From positions 22,867 through 86,866 of the IMG/VR virus record IMGVR_UViG_3300035670_000114: a stretch of 64,000 nt of DNA. One strand, 5' to 3'. Shown here in pieces: positions 18,615 to 27,514 of the stretch. Every line of letters starts with the position of its first letter. Position 1 is the stretch's first letter. Both the position numbers and the translations under genes were made by a program. The notes beneath the pieces were generated by a model. That model searched no databases and had not been told where the DNA came from. It saw nothing but the letters and a program-made list of their open reading frames with translations. The stretch comes from a virus.

Positions 18615-19253
18615 ATGTGCCGAAACTCGCTGTGCCAGGTGGAATGGAAGGAAGCCAAGCCCCCAAAGCGCACGCCTGGCCCGATCTATAACTTCAGGCG
18701 CGGCTACAACCTGTCGAGCTCAGGTAGGCACGAGACCGCTGATCAGTACGCGGCCTTCCAGGTCTACCTGAAGCTCAACGGCAACAGAACCTTCATCGAC
18801 ACCGCCAAGCTCTCCGGCTACGACGACAGGACGATCGCACGATGGTGCAAGACGTTCTGCTGGGAGTCACGCGCCGCCAGGTGGGACAGGGACCAAATGG
18901 CGATCGTCTGGAAAGAAGCCGAGGCCCTCAAGCGCAACGCACACAAGGAAGCCATCGTCGAGTTCCGCGACGCGGCACAGCGTCAGGCCGAGATGATGTC
19001 GAAGGTCTCCGAGGACCTCGTGGGCCTGCTCAGCAACCGCATCGAAAAGGCCATCGAGAAGAAGGAAGACATCCCCATGGGGATGGTCGCCGGACTCCTG
19101 AAGGCGGCCTCTAGCGTCTCCGAACAATCCCGTCAAGCTTGGGCCAACTCCCTGGGCGTGAACGAACTTCTGTCCGTCGTCGACTCCGACATCCAGCAGG
19201 TGCGGGTTGACGACGTCACCCACGACCCGTACGAATTCGAGATCGAGGAATAA
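18615..19253 (+). CDS. Probable terminase small subunit
   Basis: AFQVYL...W..RA..WD HTH pattern; directly upstream of terL. Confidence 0.65.
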   Translation: MCRNSLCQVEWKEAKPPKRTPGPIYNFRRGYNLSSSGRHETADQYAAFQVYLKLNGNRTFIDTAKLSGYDDRTIARWCKTFCWESRAARWDRDQMAIVWKEAEALKRNAHKEAIVEFRDAAQRQAEMMSKVSEDLVGLLSNRIEKAIEKKEDIPMGMVAGLLKAASSVSEQSRQAWANSLGVNELLSVVDSDIQQVRVDDVTHDPYEFEIEE

Positions 19254-19259
19254 CCATTC

Positions 19260-20789
19260 ATGGTCAGAAGAATTGGCGACGACTTCCTGGGTCACGCCGC
19301 CAGTCAACTCGATCTCGTCCGAGAGGCCAAGGCCAAGAGGGAGTACGAAAGCGAGAACGGCAAGGAGGTCATCTTCCACCGGTTCATCAAGCAGATCAAC
19401 CCCAACTACCGCTTCTACAGGTTCCACGGCGAGCTCGTCAAGCAACTGCAGCTCGTCATCAGTGGCCAATGCAAGAGGCTCATCGTCAGCACGCACCCCA
19501 GGATCGGCAAGAGCCTGCTCTCCTCTAAGCTCCTGCCTGCCGCCTACCTGCTCGCGCATCCAGAGCGCTACGTCGCCATCTGCTCCTACAGCGCCGAGCT
19601 GGCCGAGGGCTTTTCCAAGGACGCCAGAGAATACTACGAGCAGGCCGGCGGCCGACTGGACCCCAGCAGCAAATCCGTCAACCAGTGGGGCACAACTGGC
19701 GGCGGCGGCTGCTGGGCGGCAGGCATCGGTGGCTCCGTGGTGGGCCGCTCAGCAAGCCTGATCATCGCCGACGACACCATCAAGGGCAGACAGGAGGCCG
19801 ACAGCGAGGCCGCCATGGACAAGCTCTGGGGCTTCTACCAGGGCTCTCTCTATACCCGCCTCGAACCCGGGGGCGCCGTCGTGGTGGTGGCCACCCGCTG
19901 GACCGAGCTCGACCTGACCGGTCGCCTGCTGGAGTTGGAGGCCTCCGTCCCCGAAAGCCAGCGAGAAAACTGGACAATCATCGACTGGCCGGCAATCAGC
20001 GAGGACTCCGGCGATCGACCACCACTGCCGCAGCACTGCAACATCGTCAAAGACTGGCGAGAGGAACCCGGCCTGCCGCTGTGCCCTCAACGCTATGGCG
20101 TCGAAGACCTGGAGCGGATCCGTCACGTCGTCGGCGTCAGGGAGTGGTCGTCACAATACCAGCAACGGCCGGCGCCAATCGGCGGCAACATGTTCAACCC
20201 CGAGTGGTGGCAATACTACGAGTCGAGGGATACCCTGCCGACCATGGATCGCGTCATCATGAGCGTCGACTGCACCTTCACCGACAACAATGATTCCGAC
20301 TACGTGGTAGCAACCGTCGTCGGGCAGTGCGCGACGAAGTTCTACGTCATCGACATGCTGCGCCGCAAGACCGACATCGTCGGCACCATCTCGATGATCA
20401 TCTCGATGCTGCAGGAGCACTCCATCGACGGCACCATCATCGAGTTGGCCGCCAACGGATACGCCGTCTACCAGATGATGAAGACTCGCATCCCCGGCCT
20501 GATCGGCTACAAGACCGGCAACAGGCGCAAGGACGACCCCAGTCGCTTGGCAGCTATCGTGCCGTTAGTTGAAGCTGGCGACGTCTACCTGCCAGAAAAC
20601 GTGTCCTGGCTCGACACATTCATCAACGAATTCAGCCTCTTCCCGGCGGCCAGGAACGACGACATTTGCGACAGCATCTCCATGGCAATCAACTACATGA
20701 GTCAGCGCACTCCGCCACAAATTACTCCCGTACACTGGGGGCGCTCGTCCGCGCTTCCGAGCCCAGTGGAGCGCAACATGCCCTGGTAA
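19260..20789 (+). CDS. terL: Terminase large subunit
   Basis: HPRIGKS, IIADD, TRW..DL.G, YQQRP, SVD, NDDICD. Confidence 0.93.
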   Translation: MVRRIGDDFLGHAASQLDLVREAKAKREYESENGKEVIFHRFIKQINPNYRFYRFHGELVKQLQLVISGQCKRLIVSTHPRIGKSLLSSKLLPAAYLLAHPERYVAICSYSAELAEGFSKDAREYYEQAGGRLDPSSKSVNQWGTTGGGGCWAAGIGGSVVGRSASLIIADDTIKGRQEADSEAAMDKLWGFYQGSLYTRLEPGGAVVVVATRWTELDLTGRLLELEASVPESQRENWTIIDWPAISEDSGDRPPLPQHCNIVKDWREEPGLPLCPQRYGVEDLERIRHVVGVREWSSQYQQRPAPIGGNMFNPEWWQYYESRDTLPTMDRVIMSVDCTFTDNNDSDYVVATVVGQCATKFYVIDMLRRKTDIVGTISMIISMLQEHSIDGTIIELAANGYAVYQMMKTRIPGLIGYKTGNRRKDDPSRLAAIVPLVEAGDVYLPENVSWLDTFINEFSLFPAARNDDICDSISMAINYMSQRTPPQITPVHWGRSSALPSPVERNMPW

Positions 20790-20790
20790 G

Positions 20791-21429
20791 ATGAGACGGA
20801 TCACGAAATTCCAGCTCACACCCGAGCAACGGGATCTCGCGGAGCGCAACATGGATCTAGCCAGGCACCAAGCCTGGATCTACAAGCGCAAAACCGGCAT
20901 CGAGTACAAGGTGCTCGAAAGCGAAGCCTTCCTGGGCCTTTGCCAGGCTGCCGCCAAGTACGACATCAATCGCCTGCACGAGCAAACTGGCCAACCTCTC
21001 AAGTTCTCGTCCCTGGCGGTCCCCTATATCAGGGGCAGTATCCTGCATTACATCAGGGACAAGACGTACGCCATGCGTCTGACCTACGAAACCAGGGACA
21101 TCTGGACGCGAGGCAAGCGCTACCTATATGCCGGCTTCACCGACCTGGAGGTCTGTGAGCTCCTTGGCATCGAGCTGTCGAAGTGGCAGGAGGCCAAGTC
21201 TGCCTGCTCGGGTCCTCCCCTTGAGCTCGCCGACCACGCCACGCCCTCCGAGCCCCTTGAGCCCGACGAGGTCGACAACCTGACCATCTTCCGTCAGGAT
21301 GCCGCCGAACTCCTCTCCAAGCTGACGCCAGCCACGCGGCAGCGCCTGGATCGCTTCATGGAGGCCCGGGCCAGTGACGTGCCCAAGACCGTCATCAACG
21401 AGTTGCGGCAACTGGTCTTCGGGGGCTAG
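20791..21429 (+). CDS. Second sigma factor (SigF/FliA-like)
   Basis: GLCQAAAKYD, KFSSLAVPYIRGSILHYIRD. Confidence 0.85.
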   Translation: MRRITKFQLTPEQRDLAERNMDLARHQAWIYKRKTGIEYKVLESEAFLGLCQAAAKYDINRLHEQTGQPLKFSSLAVPYIRGSILHYIRDKTYAMRLTYETRDIWTRGKRYLYAGFTDLEVCELLGIELSKWQEAKSACSGPPLELADHATPSEPLEPDEVDNLTIFRQDAAELLSKLTPATRQRLDRFMEARASDVPKTVINELRQLVFGG

Positions 21430-21453
21430 ACTGCGGCCAGTCGCCCAAACCGA

Positions 21454-23037
21454 TTGGCAATCAGGGACAGCACCGTTGAGCAGGTGCGCCAGGTGCCCGT
21501 CACGCAGGTACTCAAAAACGAAGGCATCGAGATGAAGCGTGTCGGCCGCGAGGCCGTCACCTTGTGTCCCTGGCACAACGACTCCAACCCATCTCTGACG
21601 CTCAACGACGACAAGAATATCTGCTTCTGCTTCGCCTGCGGCGGCGGCAGTGACGCCATCGCCTACATCCAGCAATATCACAGCCTCAGCTTTTCTGATG
21701 CCGTCGCACGCATCGCCGAGAAGAACGGCATCGACGTCCTGTTCGACGACCTCGATCCCGCCGAAGCCCTGCGGGCCGCCGAAGAGCGCCGCAGGCGACA
21801 GGAGGCCATCGACAAGCAGCAGGACGCCTTCCGAAGCGGCATACAGTCGAGGCACGGTATCGACGCCCGCGCCTGGCTGCTTTCTCGCGGCATCAGACCC
21901 GAAACCTGCCGAGAATTCGGCATCGGTTGGGCCCGGGACGGCCGCTTTGCCCGCCGCGTCACGGTGCCAATCCATGACCACAGGGGCTCCCTGGTCGGCT
22001 TCACCGGCAGGACAATCGACGACGTCACCGACGAAAACAGGAAGTACGTCAACTCGTCATCGAGCGACCTCTTCCAGAAGGGCGCACTCGTCTACAACGA
22101 ACACAAGGCAATCCGCGCCGCCAGGTCAAACGGCTTCCTGGTGTTCGTCGAGGGTCACTTCGACGTCATTCAGATGTGGCAGTACGGGATACCGAACACC
22201 GTTGCCATCCAGGGCACCGCAGCGCCCATGCTGCAGTCCATCAAGAGGTTGTCGAGGTACTGCAAGCGCTTTGTGCTCTGCTACGACGGCGACAGCGGCG
22301 GCCGAAAGGCCATCCAGAACTTCGTGGACGTCTGCGGCCTAATGGCCTGTAAGGGTGAAGTCAGCATCACGGTTGCCAGCCTTCCTGAAGGCAGCGACCC
22401 CGACGACTGCATCAGAAACAACGTCGACCTGCACGGCATCATCGAGTCGGCTCCGCAGTGGCTCGACTGGCAGATCGACAACTGGCTGAATGAAGTCGAC
22501 AGGTCCGACACCCACCGCTTCTCGCAGATCGAGACCGCCATCCGCAAGCTCGTCGAGTCGATCACGTCCCCGGCCCTCCGGCAGCACTACATCGACAAGG
22601 CCTCCAAGGTGCTCACCGACAACCAGAAGTCGGCCGTCAGGCTGGCCCAGAAGTGGCGCCAGGACCTGCCAGCCATTCGCGTGTCGGCGCAATGGGAAAA
22701 GCCGGATCCGGCGTGGACCCGCCACCAGGTGGAGAAGCGTGCAATTCGCGCCTACATCCACGTCCCCGAGTGCCGCGAGAGGCTGGCGCCCCTGATGCAT
22801 CACCTGCAGACGCCCTCCTTCTCGTGGCTGTGGGGTCGCATCCAAGAGCTCGAACGGCTCACCGAAAACCTCGACTCGCACTTACTTATGTCGGTGTTGG
22901 TCGTGGCAGAGCCGCAGTACCTCAGGACCCTGCGCCCGATTGTCGTGCCAACCATTGAGGTCTCGATGGACGACGGAACCTACTCCCATATCGAGCGTAC
23001 AATGTCAAGCACGCTTGCGATGGACCTTCGACTGTGA
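21454..23037 (+). CDS. dnaG: DNA primase
   Basis: CPWH..CFAC zinc finger, FTGR, KYVNS, EGHFDV, YDGD, DPDD. Confidence 0.93.
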   Translation: MAIRDSTVEQVRQVPVTQVLKNEGIEMKRVGREAVTLCPWHNDSNPSLTLNDDKNICFCFACGGGSDAIAYIQQYHSLSFSDAVARIAEKNGIDVLFDDLDPAEALRAAEERRRRQEAIDKQQDAFRSGIQSRHGIDARAWLLSRGIRPETCREFGIGWARDGRFARRVTVPIHDHRGSLVGFTGRTIDDVTDENRKYVNSSSSDLFQKGALVYNEHKAIRAARSNGFLVFVEGHFDVIQMWQYGIPNTVAIQGTAAPMLQSIKRLSRYCKRFVLCYDGDSGGRKAIQNFVDVCGLMACKGEVSITVASLPEGSDPDDCIRNNVDLHGIIESAPQWLDWQIDNWLNEVDRSDTHRFSQIETAIRKLVESITSPALRQHYIDKASKVLTDNQKSAVRLAQKWRQDLPAIRVSAQWEKPDPAWTRHQVEKRAIRAYIHVPECRERLAPLMHHLQTPSFSWLWGRIQELERLTENLDSHLLMSVLVVAEPQYLRTLRPIVVPTIEVSMDDGTYSHIERTMSSTLAMDLRL

Positions 23038-23252
23038 CGCCCTTCTACGTCATTCACGTCATCCCCGACTGCCCCTGGTGTACTAGGGCTAAGGCGCTAC
23101 TGGAGGCCTACTCGCTGGACTACTCGACGACCTCCGAGCCCTGCGACGAGTGGCCGACTTGGCCGGCAATCTACCTTACCACCGAAAACACCAAGGAGCT
23201 AATCGGCGGCTATGACCAACTGTGCTCCCACCTGTCGTCGCGGAACGCTTGA
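23034..23252 (+). CDS. Glutaredoxin
   Basis: CPWC, TWPAI, IGGYD. Confidence 0.85.
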   Translation: MTPFYVIHVIPDCPWCTRAKALLEAYSLDYSTTSEPCDEWPTWPAIYLTTENTKELIGGYDQLCSHLSSRNA

Positions 23253-23416
23253 GTCCTACCAGGACGCCGTCGACAGCCTGACGATGTTCGCGGCATCGCA
23301 TCCCGAGTGGCGCCGCCCACTGGAGGACATCGTCCTCTACGTCGAAACTCTTCGACCTGGCGCAATCCTTCACGAACCAGGCCTCTAGCAAAGGCACCCT
23401 ATGCTACTGTGCTCGG

Positions 23417-23692
23417 GTGCCGGATTCTTTTATGATCGACCCGATGAGCCTGAGCCTCGCTCAAAAGTTTGAGCTTGAGCGTTCGCTGCGAGCCATTGAC
23501 GAGGCCAGGGACATCGAGGAGCTCCGCCGCTTGGCGAAACAGCTCGCTCATTCCTGGTTCTCCCAGAAGGCAGCCACTCAGTGGATGATGAAGCAAACGC
23601 TTGGAGCACCTCCAACCGTCTGCGCAAGTGCTACCATGACGACTGCCACCCACCCTCATTCAAATGAAGCAGACCACCAAGAAGACGCTTAA
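23417..23692 (+). CDS. nblA: NblA-like phycobilisome degradation protein
   Basis: LSLAQKFEL...IEELRRLAKQL...QKAA two-helix pattern; start may be 23432. Confidence 0.7.
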   Translation: MPDSFMIDPMSLSLAQKFELERSLRAIDEARDIEELRRLAKQLAHSWFSQKAATQWMMKQTLGAPPTVCASATMTTATHPHSNEADHQEDA

Positions 23693-23801
23693 CGGTGCCT
23701 CCGTCCAGATCTCGCCTGGTCGCAAGAAGACCCGCCAAGGTAACGGCCTCAACTCGAAGCCACGTGGCACCCGCAAGCTAAAGGTGGGGCAAGGTGGCTG
23801 A
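23664..23801 (+). CDS. Small basic cyanophage protein
   Basis: KKTRQGNG...GQG motif; TGCTACCAT upstream. Confidence 0.6.
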   Translation: MKQTTKKTLNGASVQISPGRKKTRQGNGLNSKPRGTRKLKVGQGG

Positions 23802-24093
23802 GGTCGTTACGTCGCAACAAGTCCACCGATCAACTTCAGTTCTCCTGAGGATGTTTGAGGAGCTTCGTTACGACGAAGCATGCCTCTTTTTGCACAATCT
23901 GCATACCCATCACCTCGAAGAGTGGCTTCAGGTCAAGAGAATCCTTCTTGACATGAGGCTGAGAACGAGCCCAACACTCATTGCGACCCTGATCGACTGC
24001 TCCTCCAGGAAGGACCTGTCCTCCTGCGATCCGGTCGTGCCGGGTCTTTTCCTCTACTCCAGAGACCGCGAACCAGGCGAGCTGCTGGATTGA
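23794..24093 (+). CDS. Hypothetical protein
   Basis: Fills gap. Confidence 0.45.
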   Translation: MAEVVTSQQVHRSTSVLLRMFEELRYDEACLFLHNLHTHHLEEWLQVKRILLDMRLRTSPTLIATLIDCSSRKDLSSCDPVVPGLFLYSRDREPGELLD

Positions 24094-24112
24094 TCTTATC
24101 CCTCCATACCTA

Positions 24113-26488
24113 ATGTCTGAATTTCGCGATTCGGCCCCTTCCGCGTCCGCTGTTTTTTACAGAAGCTACTCCCGCCGGAGGCCCGACGGCCGTCGTGAGT
24201 CCTTCTCGGAAGCCGTCACCAGGACGGTCACCGACCTCGCCCAAATTGGCGGCCTGAGCCAGGAGCAGTTCAACCTCTGCCTCGACATGGCGCTGAATCA
24301 GCACACGCTGCCCAGCGGTCGTGCCATGTGGGTCGCCGGCACCGAGTGGAGCAAGAAGCCGCAAAACTTCCCCGGCTACTACAACTGTTGCTCACTCCAG
24401 GTCGGCGACCCCTCGATCTTCGGCCTGCTAATGGAGCTGGCCATGATGGGTGTCGGCACCGGCGCCGTCCTGGAGCAACATGTCGTCGACAAGTTGCCGA
24501 TCGTCACGGCCTCCATCAACGTCGTCAACGTCTTCGAGAATCCCGGCAAGTCCGGCGGCCAGGAGCTCACCACCCTGACGCTGGAGCGCGACGACGCCGA
24601 CGAGGCCGCCCTGCGCCTGACCGTCGGCGACTCGCGGGAGGGCTGGGCCAGTGCCTACCAATACCTGATCCAACTGGCCTACCGTAACCTCTACGACCCC
24701 GATCTGTTTTCCAAGGAGGTCTACGACTTTGCGTCTGCCAGCAACAAGCTTGACGTCATCCTTGACCTCACACAGGTTCGCCAGGCCGGCGAAAGACTCA
24801 AGGGCTTCGGTGGCGTCGCAAACCCCGTCAGACTGAGGGCCTCCCTGGAAAACGCAGCCAAGCTGCTGTCCAAGGCCCGGGGGCGCCGCCTCGCACCGAT
24901 TGAGTGTTGCCTGTTGATCGACGAGGCCGCTAGTGCCGTGGTTGCCGGAAACGTGCGTCGCTCGGCGGGCATGAAGCAGTTCTCGTCTGACGACGTCGAG
25001 GCCGCATCCGCCAAGGAGGGCCTCTACCGCCAGTCGGAAGACGGCTCGTGGTCCGTCGACCCGGAGCGCGAGGCCCTGCGGATGTCCAACCACACCCTCT
25101 GCTTCCACCGCAAGCCAACCCTGGACGAGGTCACGGCGTCCGTCACCAAGCAGTTCTACAGCGGCGAAGGCGCCATTCAGTATGTCCCCGAGGCCATCGC
25201 TCGCGCCAACGCCGACCTGCTGACGACCCCTCGCCTGAAGCAGCGTTTCCTCGACACCTACGTCACCGCAGGCCCCTACCTCGCCCGCGAGCTGCTGTGC
25301 GACCTGGCCATGGCTGCAGGCCTGCCGTCCGACGAGCGCATCCTGGATCACCGCATCTCGCGCTACGGCCTCAACCCCTGTGGCGAGATCCTGATTCGCG
25401 ACAACCTCTGCAACCTGGCGGAAGTCAACGTCAACACAATCGACCCCAGCAACGTCTCCCTGCAGCGGCGTGCCTTCTATGCCGCCGGCCTGCAGGTTGC
25501 CTCCCTCCTGCAGCACAAGTTCGTACCCGAGCCACTGGCCTACAGCAGGCGCGTCGACCCGATCGTCGGCGTCGGCCTGACTGGCGGCTTTGACTTCATG
25601 GTCCACGCCCTTGGCGCCGACTGGCTGGAGTGGATGATGCGCGGTCGCCCGACCGGGGCCCGTTATCGTCGCTACACGGACGTCGAGCGCGACTTCCTCG
25701 TGGCCTGGAGGAACTACGCCGAGGCCGGCGTCAAGGACTACTGCCGCGAACACGGCATCGAGGCACCCAACCGCTTCACCGACCTCCAGCCCAGTGGCTC
25801 CAAGAGCCTGCTGACCGGCGCCTCTCCTGGCTGGCATCCGCCGAAGGCTCAGCGATTCATTCGCCGCATCACCTTTGGCCGCAACGATCCGTTGGTGGCC
25901 GCCCTGCGCGACTACGGCTACTCCGTCATTCCCGCCCAGAGCGCTCGCGACGAGAGCGGTAACCTGCTCGACGACATCGCGGATCCCCGGGTCACCGAGG
26001 TGCTGGTCGAGATCCCAACCGAGGTCAGTTGGGCGAACCTGCCTGGCTGCGATCAGCACGACCTGTCTCGCCTGCCGGTCGAGGCCCAGTGGGGCTTCTA
26101 CATGCAGTTCCAGAACCACTACACCACCCACAACACGTCCGCCACAATCGAATTCCGGCAAGACGAGATCCCGGCGCTTTCGCGTCTGATCTACGACAAC
26201 ATCCAAGCTGACGGCGGCTACATCTCGGCCGCTCTGCTCGCCCGATTCGACGCCAACGAGACGTTCCCTCGCCTCCCCTTTGAGCCAATCTCGAAGCAGA
26301 CCTACGACTCCATGATGCTCCAGATCAAGGCGTATCGCTCGACGCTGGCGCCAGGCACCACCGTGCTTGACCTACTGGAGCAATACGACCACCCCGATCA
26401 CATCCTGGCTCCGCAAGATTCGGCCTGCGCCTCTGCAGCCTGCATCGCTCGGGCCGACAAGGACGAATCACTGGGCATCGGCGCCTGA
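24113..26488 (+). CDS. nrdJ: Class II (B12-dependent) ribonucleotide reductase
   Basis: YNC, GNVRRSA, NPCGE, CNLAE, QPSGSKS, HNTSAT, C-terminal Cys pair. Confidence 0.95.
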   Translation: MSEFRDSAPSASAVFYRSYSRRRPDGRRESFSEAVTRTVTDLAQIGGLSQEQFNLCLDMALNQHTLPSGRAMWVAGTEWSKKPQNFPGYYNCCSLQVGDPSIFGLLMELAMMGVGTGAVLEQHVVDKLPIVTASINVVNVFENPGKSGGQELTTLTLERDDADEAALRLTVGDSREGWASAYQYLIQLAYRNLYDPDLFSKEVYDFASASNKLDVILDLTQVRQAGERLKGFGGVANPVRLRASLENAAKLLSKARGRRLAPIECCLLIDEAASAVVAGNVRRSAGMKQFSSDDVEAASAKEGLYRQSEDGSWSVDPEREALRMSNHTLCFHRKPTLDEVTASVTKQFYSGEGAIQYVPEAIARANADLLTTPRLKQRFLDTYVTAGPYLARELLCDLAMAAGLPSDERILDHRISRYGLNPCGEILIRDNLCNLAEVNVNTIDPSNVSLQRRAFYAAGLQVASLLQHKFVPEPLAYSRRVDPIVGVGLTGGFDFMVHALGADWLEWMMRGRPTGARYRRYTDVERDFLVAWRNYAEAGVKDYCREHGIEAPNRFTDLQPSGSKSLLTGASPGWHPPKAQRFIRRITFGRNDPLVAALRDYGYSVIPAQSARDESGNLLDDIADPRVTEVLVEIPTEVSWANLPGCDQHDLSRLPVEAQWGFYMQFQNHYTTHNTSATIEFRQDEIPALSRLIYDNIQADGGYISAALLARFDANETFPRLPFEPISKQTYDSMMLQIKAYRSTLAPGTTVLDLLEQYDHPDHILAPQDSACASAACIARADKDESLGIGA

Positions 26489-26505
26489 CGCCCGCCGCAA
26501 CTCCT

Positions 26506-26534
26506 GGCCACCTCTCCGGGGTGGCCTTTGTTTT
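26506..26534 (+). terminator. Rho-independent terminator
   Basis: GGCCACCTC/GGGGTGGCC followed by TTTGTTTT. Confidence 0.8.
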
Positions 26535-26570
26535 GGCCCCTAAACTTTCCACTGGGACTCGTAACTCGCC

Positions 26571-26990
26571 ATGCCAAGGAAGGAGCGCGAATACCGCGCC
26601 GAGTCGCACGACCACTACTGCCACGAGGTCCGCGAAAGGCTCTACCACTGGGAGCGCGACTGCATGGGCATGTATCTTTGCCACAAGGTCGAATTCAGGG
26701 AGAGGATCCTACTGATCGAAAGGATTCAATCCTCCTGGAATCGCCTGGCAAAGGCCCGCAAGCTTCACACCGGCACCGGCTTCTACCTGAACAAGGAGCA
26801 GTATGACGCCGCCGTGGAGAAGATGCTAGAGTCTGGGGCGAATCAGTCAACAGACGGCCATGCTTCTCTCGGACCAGCAGATCGCGCAAAGGGCAGCGGG
26901 GGGGATGATAACCCCGTGGGTGCCGAGTCTGATCCGCCAAGTAGAAGACCCTACAGGCCAATGCTGCAAGGTCTTAAGCTACGGTCTTAG
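26571..26990 (+). CDS. Hypothetical protein (3' end overlaps dcd)
   Basis: Codon bias in 5' two-thirds. Confidence 0.5.
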   Translation: MPRKEREYRAESHDHYCHEVRERLYHWERDCMGMYLCHKVEFRERILLIERIQSSWNRLAKARKLHTGTGFYLNKEQYDAAVEKMLESGANQSTDGHASLGPADRAKGSGGDDNPVGAESDPPSRRPYRPMLQGLKLRS

Positions 26991-27456
26991 CTCCTACGGC
27001 TACGACCTGCGTCTGTCTGGTCGACAGTTCCTGGTGTTCCGTCACGTCCCCGGAACTGTCATGAACCCCAAGCGGTTCAATCCTGCAAACCTGGAGCCCG
27101 TCCCGTTGCATCGAGACGAAGACGGCGAGTTCTTCATCCTGCCAGCCCACTCCTATGGACTGGGTGTAGCACTGGAGAGGCTCAAGATCCCCAGCAACAT
27201 AACCGTGATCTGTCTAGGCAAGAGCACCTACGCTCGCCTGGGGATCATCGCCAACACCACACCAGGCGAGGCCGGATGGGAGGGCCACCTGACCCTTGAA
27301 TTCAGCAACTCCAGCAGCGCCGACTGCAGGCTGTACGTCAACGAGGGAATCGCCCAGGCGCTCTTCTGCGAGGGCCAGCCCTGCTTGACGTCGTACGAGG
27401 ATCGCAACGGCAAGTACCAGGGGCAGTCTGAGGAGGTAACGCTGCCCAAGGTGTAG
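26860..27456 (+). CDS. dcd: dCTP deaminase
   Basis: SYGLSSYGYDLRL, GKSTYAR, EAGWEG.LTLE, GKYQGQ. Confidence 0.95.
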   Translation: MLLSDQQIAQRAAGGMITPWVPSLIRQVEDPTGQCCKVLSYGLSSYGYDLRLSGRQFLVFRHVPGTVMNPKRFNPANLEPVPLHRDEDGEFFILPAHSYGLGVALERLKIPSNITVICLGKSTYARLGIIANTTPGEAGWEGHLTLEFSNSSSADCRLYVNEGIAQALFCEGQPCLTSYEDRNGKYQGQSEEVTLPKV

Positions 27457-27473
27457 CCGTCAGCTAACTTGCC

Positions 27474-27482
27474 GGCAGACTA
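27474..27482 (+). promoter_or_regulatory. Putative late-promoter motif GGCAGACTA upstream of portal
   Basis: Recurrent motif. Confidence 0.5.
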
Positions 27483-27514
27483 AACGAGGCCGCAAGTGAC
27501 GGCCCCAAGCTGGC

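Noticed and set aside
24428-26206. 592-aa antisense ORF and similar long shadow ORFs
   Set aside because: Mirror frames of GC-rich genes such as nrdJ, with no motifs
19260-26488. Inteins or introns in terL, primase or nrdJ
   Set aside because: Lengths are normal and no splicing motifs are present
26860-26990. Functional dual coding in the 131-nt overlap with dcd
   Set aside because: The tail of the upstream ORF is low complexity and probably a stop-codon run-on
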